Assembly: GCA_051362555.1 (NCBI GenBank)
Contig: CM120643.1
Location: 22,820,848 to 22,884,847 of the forward strand
Source of the DNA: Lingula anatina
Taxonomy: Eukaryota > Animalia > Brachiopoda
Length of the DNA: 64,000 nt
Direction: 5' to 3'
Shown: positions 60,134 through 64,000 of the stretch, in pieces
How positions within the stretch are numbered: position 1 is the first letter of the stretch
Layout of the letters: each line of letters opens with the position of its first letter
Program-made: the position numbers and the translations under genes
Notes under the pieces: model-generated
What the model was told of the DNA's origin: nothing
What the model saw: the letters and a program-made list of their open reading frames with translations, nothing else
The model's database searches: none

Positions 60134-63100
60134 GCTGAAAGGTTGACAGCACTGCGTGAAATTTAATGTAGTCAGTATGTATCATCCACTATGCGACGTT
60201 CGCGCAGACTGTCTATGTGATAAGGTTAAAAAATATCAGTTATTCACCTTATTTGTACTTTCTCCACCCGATCAGCTCGTTCACGGATGTGCACTTGTTC
60301 AGTATGTATCACATCAGACGTTGGGTTCACTTGTCTATGTCAAGAAAGACCAATTTATGTCCCGTGTCCAAGAGTTCGTGTCAACCTCTACGCCATCTTG
60401 TCTCCCCTTCTGGCAGGTCACTTATGAAGAGATTAAAGAGGAGTGGACTGAGATTACAGCCTTGCTTAACACCAACAGAGGACGAGAGACTATTTGTTAT
60501 GCTATTTCTGCATTTGACGGCAAAACGCACAGATGAGTACATATTACGAAGGGTTCTTAGAAAGTTCCCATTGATGCCTGCCCTTGTCAGTTTGTAGAAC
60601 AGGGCGTTTCGCCACACGGTATGCATGAGGAAATGTTAAAGATTATAATACGAATCCTTTCACCATCTCATATCACTTAACTTTCTGGCGTGTTTCAAAT
60701 ATATGCTGTTAGACAGACCTATTCTATATGTGTTTTGAAACCGTTGAGATTCAGCACAGTTTTGGCAAGCATCTCAGGATGCTGTCCTTTAGGGACGCAA
60801 TACGCCGGCACCGCCGTGTCTCAGCTAACGCATTTCCCAGCATTTGCAGCTTAACTCAGCATCACAGATAAGGAGGGTATATGTGTAATATAATTTAATC
60901 ATCGGACTCCGACTCTTTACATCTTCCGGTAAAACGGGTGTTAGTTTAAACTTTCATAACAATAAAAAATTTCTGAAAGAATAGGAGAGAATAACTTTAC
61001 AAGCAATTCATTAAAGAAAATTAAGACACCTTTTTTACAATCTAATCTTAAATATAACTGTGAAAGTTATAACTGTCCTTGGGTAAAGCCCAACCTTATC
61101 ATAAAATGTTTGTGTGGTGTACTATGAGAAACAATGATGCCTAATCTAGTTTGCTGGAGAATTAGAAAATAAGTTTTATACCAATATTTCTCGCGATGTT
61201 ACGGTAGTTGGACTTTGTATGCGATATCTTCGATGCTCTTTATGATTCAACAAGATATTTTAGTGTATTTGATTATACTGCATGTAGGTCGTCAATATTT
61301 GAACATTATATCGCGTGTTTATTAACCAGTTTCAGACATGTAGTATCACCAGCGCTATCTCTCAGTCTCATGACGCACTAGTAACTAACTTCGAACTGCA
61401 TCCGAGAGAACAGGGGCTTATTTTGCCTCGAACATGTTCTTAGTTACCAAAACTTTTACGAATGTCGCGTTTGTGATGGCAGATCCAGGGGTCTGCACAG
61501 TGAACACACCCCTCCCTTTACTTCTGCAGTACACACTTCTCCCCCCCCCCAAAAAAAAAAAAAAGTATAGCTAGCAAAGCGAGGCAAGACCCATAATTTT
61601 TTCATTCCCTACATTTTTTGTTGTGCTTGTCGAACGAAACGGCTCAAATCCAACACGTCACAGTTGAAAAAAAAACTAACCTAATGGGGATTCACTCACG
61701 AGGAATGGATCACCGTTTATCACTTCTGCAAGTAGCATATGTAGTTGTACAACGGATGTTTCACATATACAAGTAGTCTTACTCCATGAAACTTAACTTA
61801 TCGCTTTGTACTAAAGGCTTTTCACGTAAATTATGTTGTAAAATCTTCAAGGTTTTGGTGAATGAAGTAACGATAATACTGTCATTAAAAAGCAACATAT
61901 CGGTACAGTTTGATTTGGTTCATTTGCTAAAAATACTGACGTTAATGGGTGTAAAATGTCATTTATTTACAGATCATCTTTAGTATACAGAAACTTCGTG
62001 TTAAGAGATTTACTGGTATTATGGTTGAATTAGTAATCACCTGCGTTTGTCATCTCCGTAGGAATAGCCTAAGCTTGCACTTTCCTCATAAATATCATGA
62101 AAGAAAAGACATGTTATTTGTTTTTCAAACTTAGATCTACGTAAATTTATCACTGGGCTTAAATACAGCCTACGTGGTTTATTTAATTATATTCAGGGAT
62201 CTTTTGCGAATTTTTCATTTTATCTTAATTAACAACTTGAAAGTGTGACCTTAAATTATTGTGTGCCTGAAATCTTGTGCTAGCTGAGATACATGTAGTA
62301 ACTGACCAAAGATTGGCGGCGATGTTACTGTTAAGCATCTAATAATGCATAATTTGAAAAAAAGAGCACTGTCATATTTTGTTTTGCAAGACGAAATGCA
62401 ACTCCAGTTCAAAAATAGGCCCAAAAAGGCTGTATATCTTGAAGTTTTGAAGTTAAATGCTAAATGATTTTTTTTTATTTCAGACATTGGCAATTTCAAG
62501 GTGTGACCAAATTCCCATAGGCAAGGAACCCTCTGCTACATGTACTTACATTTTCTGAATATGTAAGTAGCAATAAGGGTTGTACATAATTAAAATTTGT
62601 TGATGATCGTGTTGTTAAGCACCATTTAATAAGGCATCATCATCTACAAAAAATGCATCTATCGTTAAACCTGTTGCTCAAATTGGTTGCTCCTCAATTT
62701 AGACTGTATTATAAATGTGACTGTTTTAATCACTTCGTAATCTACAGTGTCTATGTCCGCCCATTTGACAACTTTCATATAGTTCATAGAATACCTAGCA
62801 AAATACTTCTTCTTGTTTTGAAGACTCGCGGCAAAACTGCAGAGTTTGACCCCTTCCTATAAAATAACCAAGCAAGTGCGCTAATTTTAACACAGTGATT
62901 AGATATGGGCCGAGGTCAAAGATTTTACCCTTTTGTTTATTTATTGGGTTAATTTAAGACAAAGTGTTTGAGGTACAAAAAGCGTATTTCCCATTTTTCC
63001 CATTTCGTCCGCATTTTGAGGACGAACCCTATCATTTGACATAGTAAATCGTTTCCTATTTTTCATAGTGCTGTTGTTGAATGTATTAAAACAAGCGAAC

Positions 63101-63519
63101 CTCAAGCTGACGCCCACTGGCTTATGTTAACAAGAGATGAGAATAACGTTTAGAACTGTACATCTAACTTGAAAACGCGTGTAGACGCAGGCTTTGAATA
63201 TATAAAAAAGTTAGAATTCACATAAAATGTCAAGGAAAGCAAGTTGAAAGTGCCACAAAAAAGTATTTTGCGCCAGTGCTTCGCCTCGTATCTGTTTACT
63301 ATTTGATAGGACTATATACGTTTCCTTCCACTATCTCAACAGCGATACGAAAGGTGTATAAATACTAGTACCACCAACCATTACATAATAACTTTAGCAA
63401 TACATGTGTGCCGGTTGCGCTGCAGCGGCGAATTCTTAAGATCAAAAGTGGACAGAGAGGTAAGTTGAACAAGTGGATTAACAATAGATACTGCTGATAA
63501 TACATCCTCTCACATATTT

Positions 63520-63930
63520 GTTTCCAATTCTTATTCTTTTTCTGCTGTTTTCCCCCCTTGTCTTTTGTTTTTTCTTTTATTCAGTTTCTTTTCTTTTCTT
63601 TTTTTTATACATTTGTCAATAATATTTACCTCTTCGTCACTCTCTACCGTTACTTCGATATTTCATTTTTTGTATCATTCTTTTCTCCTTTTTTCTATCA
63701 AGTTTTTTATTCCAGCATTTTTCTACTTAACCCTGTGTTCTCTTTTCCTACCAGCACTTCATTCCTTCACTATTATCTCTTACTGTTATTCCTTTTCTTT
63801 GTCTCTATCTTAAATAACTCATTCTTTCCATTTCTCTCCCTCTCACCTGATTTACTTTCTTTCTTTATTTGTTATTTATCTTTCTTTTGTGTTCTTTTTC
63901 TTAACTCTCCATTTTCTCTGTGTATCTCTC
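63520..63930. repeat. Pyrimidine-rich low-complexity tract
   Basis: Strongly T/C-biased sequence; explains the Phe/Ser/Leu-rich spurious ORFs. Confidence 0.8.
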
Positions 63931-64000
63931 ACGTTCAGTGGAGGTTATACCATTATTATATTTTAGCCACTTAAAGTCAATTTATTACGGTGTCAGAGCT

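Larger units (their letters stand above)
54716..60411 (-). mobile_element. Full-length L1-clade (L1/Tx1-like) non-LTR retrotransposon, 5.7 kb
   Basis: 14-bp TSD GGCAGGTCACTTAT (54702-54715 and 60412-60425); 5' end AGAAGGGGAGACAAGATGGCG; ORF1 and ORF2; a duplicated block of about 180 bp in the 3' UTR; A-rich tail at 54716-54756. Confidence 0.95.
53054..60622 (-). mobile_element. Older 5'-truncated LINE (RTE-X-like), split into 60412-60622 and 53054-54715 by an L1 insertion
   Basis: Rejoined RT reads TVWRNALFYKL...GVKQGCNLSPLLFNLFISDLP-SIFNDRCDPVSLNNQKLNCLLYADDLV. Downstream: FRISAHNLAIEKGRH...CTVC...EDEFHFMMLCPCY. The 3' end is AATAAA + (TTCTGA)n at 53054-53085. Frameshifts are present. Confidence 0.9.

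Noticed and set aside
63558-63974. Hydrophobic 138-aa ORF resembling a membrane protein
   Set aside because: It is a product of a T/C-rich low-complexity tract.

Overview
AT-rich, intron-dense genomic DNA from an invertebrate animal; the taxon cannot be fixed from sequence alone. Exons were spliced by hand. From left to right the window holds: (1) the last two exons of a trypsin-fold protease homologue with catalytic Ser->Pro and a C-terminal PAN/apple domain; (2) a 21-exon NSUN2 RNA m5C methyltransferase gene (- strand, about 770 aa) whose inferred 16-kb last intron contains an antisense Ly6/three-finger gene and Helitron-type satellite elements; (3) a head-to-head F-box gene with a young 978-bp TIR transposon inside a coding exon; (4) a secreted protein with five EGF repeats; (5) three tandem, intact two-exon genes encoding a type II membrane anchor followed by a compact single-exon SET domain, interleaved with decayed copies of the EGF gene; (6) many transposon relics, including a nearly intact 5.7-kb L1-clade element nested in an older LINE. 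The most unusual system is the family of membrane-anchored, probably lumen-facing SET-domain proteins that was co-duplicated with a secreted EGF-repeat gene.
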